NCBI GenBank assembly: GCA_047947115.1
Contig: CP170459.1
Span: forward strand, 4,480,001-4,544,000
Length of the DNA stretch: 64,000 bases
Direction of reading: 5' to 3'
Source: Verrucomicrobiota bacterium
GTDB taxonomy: Bacteria; Verrucomicrobiota; Verrucomicrobiia; Limisphaerales; AAA164-E04
This document shows positions 1-9,371 of this stretch, one piece after another. The notes below the pieces were generated by a model. The model was given only the letters and a program-made list of their open reading frames with translations. It had not been told where the DNA came from and made no database searches. Within the stretch, counting starts at the first letter, position 1; each line of letters opens with the position of its first letter. The translations under genes were made by a program, and so were the position numbers.

Positions 1-948
1 TCCTTCACGGGCAATCAAGGCGGCCAAAGGGAAAATGCCCCCTCCCAGCCCTTTCCCGATCACCACCATATCCGGCACAATCCCGTAATGCTCGAAGGTA
101 AACATTCTGCCGGTTCGCCCCAGACAATGAGGAACTTCATCCAGAATCAACAAAGCCCCATGCTTGTCACAGGCACGGCGAATGTTCGTCCAATAATCAG
201 CAGGCGGTATAAACGGCGTTGACCGAACCGTCTCGGCTACCACCGCGGCCACATCCCCTTCCTTTTCCAAAACGTATTCGACATAGTCCGCACAGGATAA
301 ATTACAAGCGGCTCCGCATCTGAATGGACAATGTTTATGGTCGGGTGGCGGCACATGTTCGCAACCTGGAAGCAAGGGACCGATACCACTGCGAAAAATG
401 GATTCACCTCCTATGGAAATGGCGTCAAGGGAAGCCCCATGAAACGAGTCCCACATGGAAATTGTTTTATGGCGTCCGGTGGCGGCCCGCGCAAGTTTCA
501 ATGCCATGCCGATGGCAGAAGTTCCGCCTGGCGCGAACAATACACGATTCAAATCGCCCGGTGCAAGGGAGACGAGTTTCTGCGCCAGTTGAATGGAAAC
601 TTCATTGGTGTAACGACGCGTGCAGAAGGACATCTTCTGCATCTGCCGGGTCACCGCCTCCACCACCCTGGGATGACCAAAGCCAACCTGGTGAACATTG
701 TTCCCATGAAAATCCAGAATCTTTCTTCCCTGGGCGTCCTTCAGATAAACTCCCTCACAGCCTGTGAGAACATTCAAACAAGGTGAAGAGAGAGACTGAT
801 GCAGAAACACATCGGAATCGGCATCCAGCATCACCCGGGTTGCATCATCTATGTGCTTGTTCGACCAGGTCTGCCGGGCAGGCGAAAGATTGATATCACC
901 TTCGGACCGCAAGTGGTCCAAATCTTTGATTTCCTCGGGTGTGTTCAT
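1..948 (-). CDS. pbfA: PLP-dependent class-III aminotransferase-fold enzyme, probably (R)-1-hydroxy-2-aminoethylphosphonate ammonia-lyase (partial, runs off window)
   Basis: Not in the ORF track. Manual translation from ATG at 948: MNTPEEIKDLDHLRSEGDINLS...FLHQSLSSPCL...LDFHGNNVHQVGFGHP...SMWDSFHGASLDAISIGG...LILDEVP...VIGKGLGGG. Same strand and cluster as phnW. Confidence 0.8.
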   Translation of the reverse strand, partial: MNTPEEIKDLDHLRSEGDINLSPARQTWSNKHIDDATRVMLDADSDVFLHQSLSSPCLNVLTGCEGVYLKDAQGRKILDFHGNNVHQVGFGHPRVVEAVTRQMQKMSFCTRRYTNEVSIQLAQKLVSLAPGDLNRVLFAPGGTSAIGMALKLARAATGRHKTISMWDSFHGASLDAISIGGESIFRSGIGPLLPGCEHVPPPDHKHCPFRCGAACNLSCADYVEYVLEKEGDVAAVVAETVRSTPFIPPADYWTNIRRACDKHGALLILDEVPHCLGRTGRMFTFEHYGIVPDMVVIGKGLGGGIFPLAALIAREG

Positions 949-955
949 GTGGCAA

Positions 956-1789
956 TCAGTTTTGAGAAGACTCGATTTCAAGCAGAATGGATCGAAGGCG
1001 TTTCAAACGGTCTGTATTGATAAAATCCACTCCCATCCCATGAGCCTTTCTCCAGAATGCGCCGGTCTCTGGCGTGCTCCAAAACCGTATCTTCCTCCCT
1101 TGTTCATGCGCCTTGCCTATGATGTGCCTCAGCTTCACCTCTTCCACTTCAGTCATGGTCCCGCGACCGTTCCATACGAAATGATCCGTCCAGTTTTCAC
1201 TGATCCATGGGATTAAATCAGGGGCGGCCTTATTGTCGTCCATGTCTTTAAACCGACCATCTATAAACGCCAGACGATGGGTCTCGGATGCCAACAATTC
1301 AGTGGGACGATTGCCGGAAATCACAATCGTCACCGCTTTCTTCTGAACACCGTCGGAACCGAATTCAGTCAGCATTTCCTGATAATCCTTCAAAACGTTC
1401 CGGAGCGCGCGGTAGGTTTCCTCAGCTTCGGATTTGAAATCAATCATCAGATGAAATTCCGGACCATCCGGATAGATTCTTCCACCATAATTGCGTGCAC
1501 GTTGCAAAAGCGGATCGAGATATAAATTGGTGAGGCGTCGGGTTGATTTGAGATCTTCCCGGTCATGCGCCACCCACAGATCTCCGTCGACCAGGTAAAC
1601 ATCGGCTTCCACGCTGCAGAACCCTGCATCCAACGCATCGAGCAGAGGGCGTTGATGCGCATAATCATTGTGAGCATGGGCACGATCCAGCGGTGTGACC
1701 TGGGCTTGCAGCAGAGCGAGCTGACAATCAACCAGCAGCGACAGACACAACATACCCAAAATCCAACGACTCAATGATTGACGCTCCAT
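956..1789 (-). CDS. Secreted PI-PLC/glycerophosphodiester-phosphodiesterase-like protein
   Basis: Signal peptide, then AHAHNDY, SVEADV, VAHD and LMIDFK motifs, and a C-terminal GVDFINTD. Start moved to MERQS at 1789 to avoid overlap with phnW. Confidence 0.75.
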   Translation of the reverse strand: MERQSLSRWILGMLCLSLLVDCQLALLQAQVTPLDRAHAHNDYAHQRPLLDALDAGFCSVEADVYLVDGDLWVAHDREDLKSTRRLTNLYLDPLLQRARNYGGRIYPDGPEFHLMIDFKSEAEETYRALRNVLKDYQEMLTEFGSDGVQKKAVTIVISGNRPTELLASETHRLAFIDGRFKDMDDNKAAPDLIPWISENWTDHFVWNGRGTMTEVEEVKLRHIIGKAHEQGRKIRFWSTPETGAFWRKAHGMGVDFINTDRLKRLRSILLEIESSQN

Positions 1790-1814
1790 TTTTATTATCC
1801 TGATCATGTCACCC

Positions 1815-2942
1815 TTACAACTGAATACCCATATCATCCAGAGCACCTCGAATGGCTCCCAACAAGGCACGCACATCGGATTCAAAAATGCGCCCGATGG
1901 AACCAATGCGAAACAGATCCACCTGACTGATCTTGCCTGGATAAATAATCATTCCCCGGTCACTCAGGTTTCTGTAAAACGCTTCGAATGTGAATGCCGG
2001 ATCATTTGGAAAATGGAAGCTTGTGATGAGGTAGCTCTGTACACCGGCATCGAGATACGAAGTAAACCCCAGCTTTCGCATCCCTTCAATCAACACTTCA
2101 TGATTGCGCTGATACCGCTTTGCCCGCCCCTCGATACCACCCTCCATATCAAGTTCCTTAAGTGCTTGTTCAAAAGCCAGAAGGGAGTGGGTTGGCGGTG
2201 AGTAGCGGAATTGACCATTCTTCTCGAAACCTCTCAGTTGGGCCGCCAGATCCATGCTCAGACATCGCGTAGCGGATTCATTGGCCAGGAGAGGTTCCCG
2301 CTTTGCGATCACCAGCGAAAACCCCGGAACACCCTCGATACACTTATTGGCGGAAGAGATCAGAAAATCGATGCCGCACGCTTCAAAATCAATCGGCATC
2401 GCACCAAAGCTGCTCATCGCGTCCACGATGTACGATCGACCAGCCCGTCGGACCACTTGACCGATGGCTTCGATGGGATTGACGATTCCCGTCGTGGTCT
2501 CGCAGTGCACAACCGCTACATGTGAAATTCCGGCATCTGCTTCAAGGCGAGCAGCAATTTCGGCAGGATCCGGCGGAGTATCCTCGCCCGTTCGATAGGC
2601 ATCAAAATCAATGCGCAGACACTTGAGCATCGCCATCATGCGCTCGCCATAAGCGCCATTACTGACCACCAACACCTTCCCCCCATCCGGCACAGCGGTG
2701 GAAAAAACGGATTCCACTCCAAACGTGCCGCTTCCCTGGAGTAAAACGCACTCGTAACCCTGCTCACGGGTGACGTTCGCAAGTTGCAGCAGTTTTTCAC
2801 GGATAGCCTTGACCTTGGCATTGAATTCAAAATGCCAGGAACCGGCGTCCCGGAGCATGGCCTGCTTGACTGTCAGACTCGTTGTCAGTGGTCCGGGAGT
2901 GAACAATACTTTGTCCCTTGAGCTTGGGATATCGATAATCAT
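1815..2942 (-). CDS. phnW: 2-aminoethylphosphonate-pyruvate transaminase
   Basis: LFTPGPLTTS, GSGT, VHCETTTG, VDAMSSFG, SSANKCIEGVPG and IYPGKIS motifs. Confidence 0.93.
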   Translation of the reverse strand: MIIDIPSSRDKVLFTPGPLTTSLTVKQAMLRDAGSWHFEFNAKVKAIREKLLQLANVTREQGYECVLLQGSGTFGVESVFSTAVPDGGKVLVVSNGAYGERMMAMLKCLRIDFDAYRTGEDTPPDPAEIAARLEADAGISHVAVVHCETTTGIVNPIEAIGQVVRRAGRSYIVDAMSSFGAMPIDFEACGIDFLISSANKCIEGVPGFSLVIAKREPLLANESATRCLSMDLAAQLRGFEKNGQFRYSPPTHSLLAFEQALKELDMEGGIEGRAKRYQRNHEVLIEGMRKLGFTSYLDAGVQSYLITSFHFPNDPAFTFEAFYRNLSDRGMIIYPGKISQVDLFRIGSIGRIFESDVRALLGAIRGALDDMGIQL

Positions 2943-3140
2943 CTGCTTTGTTTAATCAAATTGATGGCTTCATGGCGTCCGCCCAAGGCCACTTGAAAAG
3001 ACACATACGGCGCGCACGGATTAGTGCGTAACATAGTTCGAAAGATTAGGCAATGGCAGAGAAAAACCAAAGAATGCTCAACCTTGACAAACCAAAATCA
3101 AACGCATCATTCTGTTCGGGTGCACAATCTTCCATACAAA

Positions 3141-4247
3141 ATGAGAACCATGTTGTTCGGGATCACCCTACTGTCTTTGAGCTTTTCCGACAGGATGCAT
3201 TCGCAGGACTACCTACAGGTTCACATACAGTTTTATGATGTTCGCCCGATTGGAGAATCCCTTCAAGCAGTGCTGATGCCTGGATTCGGAGACATTTTGG
3301 AAAAGGCGGACAAGATTCCGGCATTGACCCTCAGGGGGCCTAAAGGCAGACGGTATACCATAGAAACCTCGTCCACGATCGGCCCGGAGGCACGTTGGAA
3401 ACCCCTCACGACCGTGACATTGGGAACCACCCCCAGCCTGGCGCTGGACATTGAAGGAAAAGGAGCCAAGGCACGTTTTTTCAGAACCCGTCTGATTCCC
3501 GAAAAGCCCCCCATTGGCAATCCCAATCCGGAGCGCCTTGTCTGGATTCCGGCCGGAACGTTCATCATGGGCAGTCCTCCCGATGAACAAAACCGGGACA
3601 CGGACGAACAACCCCTCACCCAGGTCACATTCACAAAAGGCTTCTGGATGGACAAATTCGAGGTCACCCAGAAGGATTATGTGGAGATCATGGGTTCCAA
3701 CCCTTCACGTTTCAAACCAGGAGAAAACAGGCCTGTTGACAACGTCACCTGGAGCTGGGCCATGGAATACTGCGAAAAACTTACGCAGCGAGAACAAGCG
3801 GCCGGTCGCCTGCCAGAGGGTTTCGTATACCGCCTGCCGACCGAAGCCGAATGGGAATACGCATGCCGAGCGGGAACCACCACACGTTATTCACACGGAA
3901 ATGATCTGGAATTCAAATTGTTTAACGACTACGCCTGGCACCTGAACAACAGCAACAATCAAACGCACGATGTCGGCACCAAGTTGCCGAATCCCTGGGG
4001 TATTTACGGATTACACGGAGGCGTTTATGAATGGTGCCTGGGATGGCACGTCTTTTATCCCGGGGGGAGTGTCACCGACTACATCAGCCTGCCCGGACAG
4101 GACCATGTTCTGAGGGGCGGCGCATGGAGTGACTTGCCAATGAATGGTCGAGCCGCCGAGCGCCATTGGTTCGGGCTGAATCTCTCCTATGGGAACATCG
4201 GTTTCAGAGTGATCCTTGCAGATCCGTATGCATTGGTTAGCCATTGA
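3141..4247 (+). CDS. Secreted formylglycine-generating-enzyme (FGE-sulfatase) domain protein
   Basis: FIMGSP..E, FEVTQ, PVDNVTW, YRLPTEAEWEYACRAG, PNPWG..GLHGGVYEW, LRGGAW and IGFRV motifs. Start codon uncertain. Confidence 0.85.
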   Translation: MRTMLFGITLLSLSFSDRMHSQDYLQVHIQFYDVRPIGESLQAVLMPGFGDILEKADKIPALTLRGPKGRRYTIETSSTIGPEARWKPLTTVTLGTTPSLALDIEGKGAKARFFRTRLIPEKPPIGNPNPERLVWIPAGTFIMGSPPDEQNRDTDEQPLTQVTFTKGFWMDKFEVTQKDYVEIMGSNPSRFKPGENRPVDNVTWSWAMEYCEKLTQREQAAGRLPEGFVYRLPTEAEWEYACRAGTTTRYSHGNDLEFKLFNDYAWHLNNSNNQTHDVGTKLPNPWGIYGLHGGVYEWCLGWHVFYPGGSVTDYISLPGQDHVLRGGAWSDLPMNGRAAERHWFGLNLSYGNIGFRVILADPYALVSH

Positions 4248-4260
4248 CCGCAAAGAACGG

Positions 4261-5514
4261 CTAGCGACGTTGCCGCTCCAGATCACTCCACGATTTCCCG
4301 TCAGGAAGCACGCCCAATGCCTCCTGAATGAAGGGACGCATATCTTTCATCAATACCGCATTCGGCTGGCAACGCAGCACCATGCCGTCCATATACATCA
4401 AACTTCGAATCACACTGAAAATACCTCGTTCAAAGTGCATACCATGGTGCACCCCCAGCTTGATGGTGCTCATCATCTGACGTGTCAGACTGATTTCGGA
4501 GACTGTCCGATCGGTAAAGTCGGCATACAGATCCAATAACCGCCTTTCAAATTCCGCATAATCATTATGCTTGATCTGAACGTCCGACATCTGATGCAAG
4601 GCTCGGGCGCAGGCAGGATAGTCATATTGGGACAAGGCTTTGAAAAAATAGAAAAGCCCCAGACGCAACCGCTCACTGACTTTCCCTACAAAGCCCGTGT
4701 CCACCATCGTCCACTGATTATTTCGCAGGATGACATTTCCAGGATGCAGATCACCATGAAAAGTCCCCACACAAAAGAGAAAAAAACCATGCAACCGAAA
4801 CAAATCCAACAGTTGATCATATTCCAAACGATTTGACTCCAGCAGTTCATCAACCGTTTCTCCTTCTACATATTCAGACACCATGACCGATGCGTTAGAT
4901 AGTTCCGAATAAACCCTGGGAAACCGCAGGGAAGTCAGGTCGAAGCGTTTTCCTTGGGCCCGCTGGATCTCCTTTAAGACCTGTTGACCCTGCAGTTCAT
5001 GTCGCAAATCCAGTTCACTCATGGTGAATGTTTCCAGGTCATCCAAAATCCTCACCGGATCTCCAGCTCGCTTGAGGGCTGGATAGAGACGAGTCACCAC
5101 CTTCAGCAGCCGACGAAGCTTTTGAACCTCACGCGCAAAGTTGACCGTGACATTGCGCTTGACCAACTTAATGACGACAGGCGATCCATCGAGGAGAGCC
5201 GCACGATGCACCTGCCCAATGGAAGCAGATGCCAAAGGGATGCTTTCAATACTGTCAAAGGCATCTCTGGAATCAGGCGCAAGCGCATCCAGAACAAGCC
5301 GCTCAAACCGACCGGAATCGAGGATTTTGTTCCGACGATAAAGCCGGCACAGGTGCATGCATCTTTCACGATCCAGAAAATCAATCCGAAGGGCGTGCAT
5401 CTGACCGATCTTGATCGCAAGAAGCCCCTGTTTTTCAATCCAATCAAGATCAGGCAATCGCCCGCGCGCTCCGTACAGCTCCCAAATGAGTCGACTGAAC
5501 TGAATCGCATTCAT
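4261..5514 (-). CDS. AarF/UbiB (ABC1) family atypical kinase
   Basis: IKIGQ, PLASASIGQVHRA, HGDLHPGN and VDTG motifs. Start overlaps the crtI stop. Confidence 0.88.
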   Translation of the reverse strand: MNAIQFSRLIWELYGARGRLPDLDWIEKQGLLAIKIGQMHALRIDFLDRERCMHLCRLYRRNKILDSGRFERLVLDALAPDSRDAFDSIESIPLASASIGQVHRAALLDGSPVVIKLVKRNVTVNFAREVQKLRRLLKVVTRLYPALKRAGDPVRILDDLETFTMSELDLRHELQGQQVLKEIQRAQGKRFDLTSLRFPRVYSELSNASVMVSEYVEGETVDELLESNRLEYDQLLDLFRLHGFFLFCVGTFHGDLHPGNVILRNNQWTMVDTGFVGKVSERLRLGLFYFFKALSQYDYPACARALHQMSDVQIKHNDYAEFERRLLDLYADFTDRTVSEISLTRQMMSTIKLGVHHGMHFERGIFSVIRSLMYMDGMVLRCQPNAVLMKDMRPFIQEALGVLPDGKSWSDLERQRR

Positions 5515-7034
5515 CAGACTTGTGTGTTCTTGGAAACGTAAGGCACCTGATACCGTTTGCAGATCAGATTTGCGGCGATCCTTCCCGACTCATAAATGGT
5601 GGGCAATCCACTTCCGGGATGCGTGCCTCCTCCCACCAGAAAACAATGATCCAGTTCTTCGAATTGATTGTGAGGCCGGAAGTAAAGCATCTGAGAAAGC
5701 TTATGTGAAAGATTGAAGGTGGCTCCGTATTGAATCCCCTTTTGCTCCCAATCGTCGGGTCCGAGAACCATCTCCTCCTTGATGTGATCACTCAAGCCAG
5801 TCAGTCCTCCGCGCGTTTCCACGGCATGAATCAACCGGTTCCTGAAAGGTGCTTTCTCGACCGACCAGTCAATGTCCGCCGTCAAGTTGGGAACAGGGAC
5901 CAAAACATACAATGCCGAGTGACCATCGGGAGCAAGTGAGGGATCGGTCACACTTGCATTTCGAATGTAAAAGGAGTTTTCCACCGATAGTTGCTTTCGC
6001 TGAAAAATGTCTTCAATGTTTTGTTTGTAATCCCTGGCAAAAAAGATGGTGTGATGTGGCAGGTCATACATTTTGTCCACACCAAGGTAGAGCATGAAAG
6101 TCGAACAGGAATAGTCCATGCTGTCTACTTTTTCGGGCCGATATTTCTTAAGCACCCCCGGAGGAACCAGATGCTTCATCGCATAACCAAAGTCGGCATT
6201 GAGGACCACTTCATCCGCTGTCAGGCGTTCACCATTCTCCAACTCCACCCCCTTCACTGCCCTGCCCCGCACCATGAGCTGTTTGACAGGTGTGTTCAAA
6301 CGAATGTCCACTCCATGTTCTTCGCATACTTTCGCCATGGCTTCGGATATTTCGCTCAACCCACCCTGTGTGTGATAAATACCGTAAGCATGCTCCATGA
6401 AGGCCAACATGGCAAAAGCGCCGGGACATTCCCAAGCCGACATGCCCAGATATTTGGACTGAAAGGTAAAAGCCAGTTTCAGTAATTCATCCTTGAAATA
6501 TCCGCTCAACACGTCCATCACCGAAGACCCCAACTGGAGATGGGGCAATGCTCTCAAGGCGTCCTTGCAAAAATAACTCTTGATGGAGGAATAATCCTTT
6601 TGAAGACAGGGCGCCATGCGTCGAAACCTTTCCTGCTCGGTTTCCAAAAACCTCCAATAACCTTCGGCATTGCCCGGAAATTTTTCATTCAGTTGCTTAA
6701 GCATCTGGGCATGATCAGTGGTCGGCTCGATAGAGGTATCGGCAAATTGCAGACGATACATGGGTTCCAGTTTCACAAAATCGAGATAGTCCGCACTGTC
6801 TCGCCCCGACTCTTCGAACACCTCGTCCAGCAGGTACTTCATCATCAAAAAAGTGGGGCCCGTATCGAATTTATACCCATTCAAGTCAATCGAAGCGCTC
6901 CTGCCTCCTACTCGATCGTTTTTTTCAACCAGGGTCACTTTAAAACCTCGTGCCGCCAAAAGCATGGCTGAAGTAAGCCCTCCTGGTCCTGCGCCAACAA
7001 CGATGATGTGTTTTTTGTGTTTCGTTCCACTCAT
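5514..7034 (-). CDS. crtI: Phytoene desaturase family (CrtI/CrtN-like) FAD oxidoreductase
   Basis: VVGAGPGGL Rossmann motif, FDTGPTFL, SCSTFMLYLG and VGGGTHPGSGLPTI C-terminal signature. Confidence 0.85.
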   Translation of the reverse strand: MSGTKHKKHIIVVGAGPGGLTSAMLLAARGFKVTLVEKNDRVGGRSASIDLNGYKFDTGPTFLMMKYLLDEVFEESGRDSADYLDFVKLEPMYRLQFADTSIEPTTDHAQMLKQLNEKFPGNAEGYWRFLETEQERFRRMAPCLQKDYSSIKSYFCKDALRALPHLQLGSSVMDVLSGYFKDELLKLAFTFQSKYLGMSAWECPGAFAMLAFMEHAYGIYHTQGGLSEISEAMAKVCEEHGVDIRLNTPVKQLMVRGRAVKGVELENGERLTADEVVLNADFGYAMKHLVPPGVLKKYRPEKVDSMDYSCSTFMLYLGVDKMYDLPHHTIFFARDYKQNIEDIFQRKQLSVENSFYIRNASVTDPSLAPDGHSALYVLVPVPNLTADIDWSVEKAPFRNRLIHAVETRGGLTGLSDHIKEEMVLGPDDWEQKGIQYGATFNLSHKLSQMLYFRPHNQFEELDHCFLVGGGTHPGSGLPTIYESGRIAANLICKRYQVPYVSKNTQV

Positions 7035-7039
7035 TTAAT

Positions 7040-7056
7040 TATACAAATTTTATACA
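7040..7056. promoter_or_regulatory. Two TATACA direct repeats 11 bp apart immediately upstream of crtI; possible CarH/LitR-type operator
   Basis: TATACA at 7040-7045 and 7051-7056 in an AT-rich intergenic region. Confidence 0.35.
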
Positions 7057-7377
7057 AAAAATCATTTTAAACCCTGTTTGGCAAACTTTTTTTAGACAAT
7101 TTTCAGTCTATCGTCCTTCTTAGATGTGAGGATGCGGAAGACAACACACAGCCATGAATGTTCCATCTTGTTATTGGACTGTATGTAACAAAATCACCCA
7201 CCTTCATGGCCAACTTCGTGTCCAGCTTTTGTTGAGATCATTGATCAGGCCTTAATCTAAAACCGAGGGTCTCTGCATTCAGAAAAACAGATCATATCTC
7301 CTTCTTGATTCGTTCGCGAAGTCCAACCCTTTCTTCTGAGATTGAATCCCTTTGTGCTCTCTGTCAGGATGCCGTGC

Positions 7378-8226
7378 ATGGAGCATTCGGTTGAAGGTTT
7401 TTCAGGATTTGTTGAATTTGCGGCGCACTTTCAAAAACGCCAGTCCATCCAGTATGTGCTGTTCGATTTTGACGGGACGTTGTCACTGGTAAGGGAGGGA
7501 TGGCCCGAGGTCATGTTGCCGATGTTCGTCGAGATGCTCCCTCACCGGGAGGACGACACCGAGGAATCCGTTCGAAAAATGCTGTTGGATGACATCATGA
7601 AACTGAACGGAAAGCAGACCATATACCAAATGATCCAGCTGGCCGAACGCATCAAGGAACGCGGGGGCACACCCAAGGATCCCCTCTGGTACAAACACGA
7701 ATACCTGCGCCGCCTCGACCTGCGTATCCAGAACCGCAAGGATGCGATTCTTTCAGGGGAAATCAAACAGGACGATTACGTGGTCCATGGAGCACGTCAC
7801 CTGTTGGAAGTGTTGACTGAAAAGGGACTCCCCGTCTATCTGGCCAGCGGAACGGACGAACCATTCGTCAAAGAAGAAGCTCGCATCCTGGGACTTGACC
7901 ACTTTTTTAAAGGCCACATCTATGGCGCTCTGGATGATTACAAATCGTTTTCAAAGAAAATGGTGATTGAACGCATCATTCGGGAAAACAATATCCCCGG
8001 TGAAAGTCTGATGTCCTTTGGCGATGGTTATGTGGAAATCGAAAACACCAAGGAAGTGGGGGGCCTGGCAATCGCTGTGGCGACGGACGAAGCCAACAAT
8101 GGGAGCGGCAACATTGACGCATGGAAGCGCAACCGACTCGCTGGGGTAGGTGCGGATGTGGTCATTCCTGACTACCGGGATATCGATGCACTGCTACCCC
8201 GCCTGACCGATTCCCCGGCGTTTTAA
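7378..8226 (+). CDS. HAD family hydrolase/phosphatase
   Basis: FDFDGT motif I, LASGT and FGDG motifs. Confidence 0.85.
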   Translation: MEHSVEGFSGFVEFAAHFQKRQSIQYVLFDFDGTLSLVREGWPEVMLPMFVEMLPHREDDTEESVRKMLLDDIMKLNGKQTIYQMIQLAERIKERGGTPKDPLWYKHEYLRRLDLRIQNRKDAILSGEIKQDDYVVHGARHLLEVLTEKGLPVYLASGTDEPFVKEEARILGLDHFFKGHIYGALDDYKSFSKKMVIERIIRENNIPGESLMSFGDGYVEIENTKEVGGLAIAVATDEANNGSGNIDAWKRNRLAGVGADVVIPDYRDIDALLPRLTDSPAF

Positions 8227-8255
8227 AAGGCCAAAACTCTGACTTTGCTCAAATC

Positions 8256-9371
8256 ATGAAGCATTCAGACCGCATCCCATTTGAACGCTCGAAATTGAAG
8301 GTTTTTCCTCTCGAAGAACGTAAGAGCCTGACACGAGTTGAGGATATTCTGCTCGATCCGGATGAGACTCCGGCTGAAGTGGATGCTTTGCGGAAAAACC
8401 AAATCCGACAATCTGCACAATCCATTCGGCAAAGCCGGGACAAAGGCGCTTCGGTCATGTTGATTTACGGGGCTCATCTGCTGCGAAATGGCACCGCACA
8501 GATACTGGACTGCATGATGGAACAAGGCTGGATCACCCACCTGGCCACCAACGGAGCGGGCACCATTCACGATTTTGAATACGCCTACCTCGGTCGATCC
8601 ACCGAATCCGTCCGGGACAACGTCGAAGCAGGGACGTTCGGAGCCTGGGATGAAACAGGGCGATCCATCATGCTCGCCCTGATATCTGGAGCATTGAATG
8701 GCAACGGATACGGTGTATCACTGGGCAAATTCATTGCGGAAGATGGATGCGACTTGCCTGGACCGGAAATCCTGCAACAGGCATTGACCACCGACCCGAC
8801 CAACGCTCTCGCAGGAGCGCAGGCGGATTGTCTGCAGATCATGTTGCAATTTGGACTGGAAGGCGGATTTCAGCCGAGCTTTCACAAGTGGAAACACGGT
8901 TCAATCCTCGCAAGCGCCTTTCAACGCGGAGTCCCGGTCTCCGTGCATCCCGGCATCGGTTATGATATCATCACCAACCACCCCATGTTTCGGGGATCTG
9001 TGGTGGGACGCGCGGCTGAGTTGGATTTCGGTTTGTTCAGTGAAGCGGTGGAGGGGTTGGACAACGGCACCGTGTTGAGCGTGGGTTCGGCAATCATGGG
9101 ACCGCAAGTTTTTGAGAAAAGCCTGAGCTGCGTGCATAATCTGCGCCAACAGAAAGGCATGGGCAATGTCTCAGGTCATTCCATCCACATCGTGGACCTT
9201 CAAGACGGGGGGAACTGGGATTGGACACAAGGTGAACCCCCAAAATCCAACCCGGCGTATTACCTTCGATTCTGCAAAAGCTATTCCCGCATGGGTGGCG
9301 AGATGCATTACATTCAATGCGACAACGCAGCATTTATCCATCACCTCTATCATCAACTCAAGCACGCATGA
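8256..9371 (+). CDS. Conserved hypothetical protein, possibly deoxyhypusine-synthase-like fold
   Basis: Long ORF in an operon with the HAD and PfkB genes. YGAHLLRNG, THLATNGAGTIHDFE and SVGSAIMGPQVFEK resemble DHS-like NAD-binding proteins. Confidence 0.55.
   Translation: MKHSDRIPFERSKLKVFPLEERKSLTRVEDILLDPDETPAEVDALRKNQIRQSAQSIRQSRDKGASVMLIYGAHLLRNGTAQILDCMMEQGWITHLATNGAGTIHDFEYAYLGRSTESVRDNVEAGTFGAWDETGRSIMLALISGALNGNGYGVSLGKFIAEDGCDLPGPEILQQALTTDPTNALAGAQADCLQIMLQFGLEGGFQPSFHKWKHGSILASAFQRGVPVSVHPGIGYDIITNHPMFRGSVVGRAAELDFGLFSEAVEGLDNGTVLSVGSAIMGPQVFEKSLSCVHNLRQQKGMGNVSGHSIHIVDLQDGGNWDWTQGEPPKSNPAYYLRFCKSYSRMGGEMHYIQCDNAAFIHHLYHQLKHA

Noticed and set aside
324..786. Plus-strand ORFs of 147 and 151 aa
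   Set aside because: They are antisense shadows of the minus-strand pbfA-like gene.
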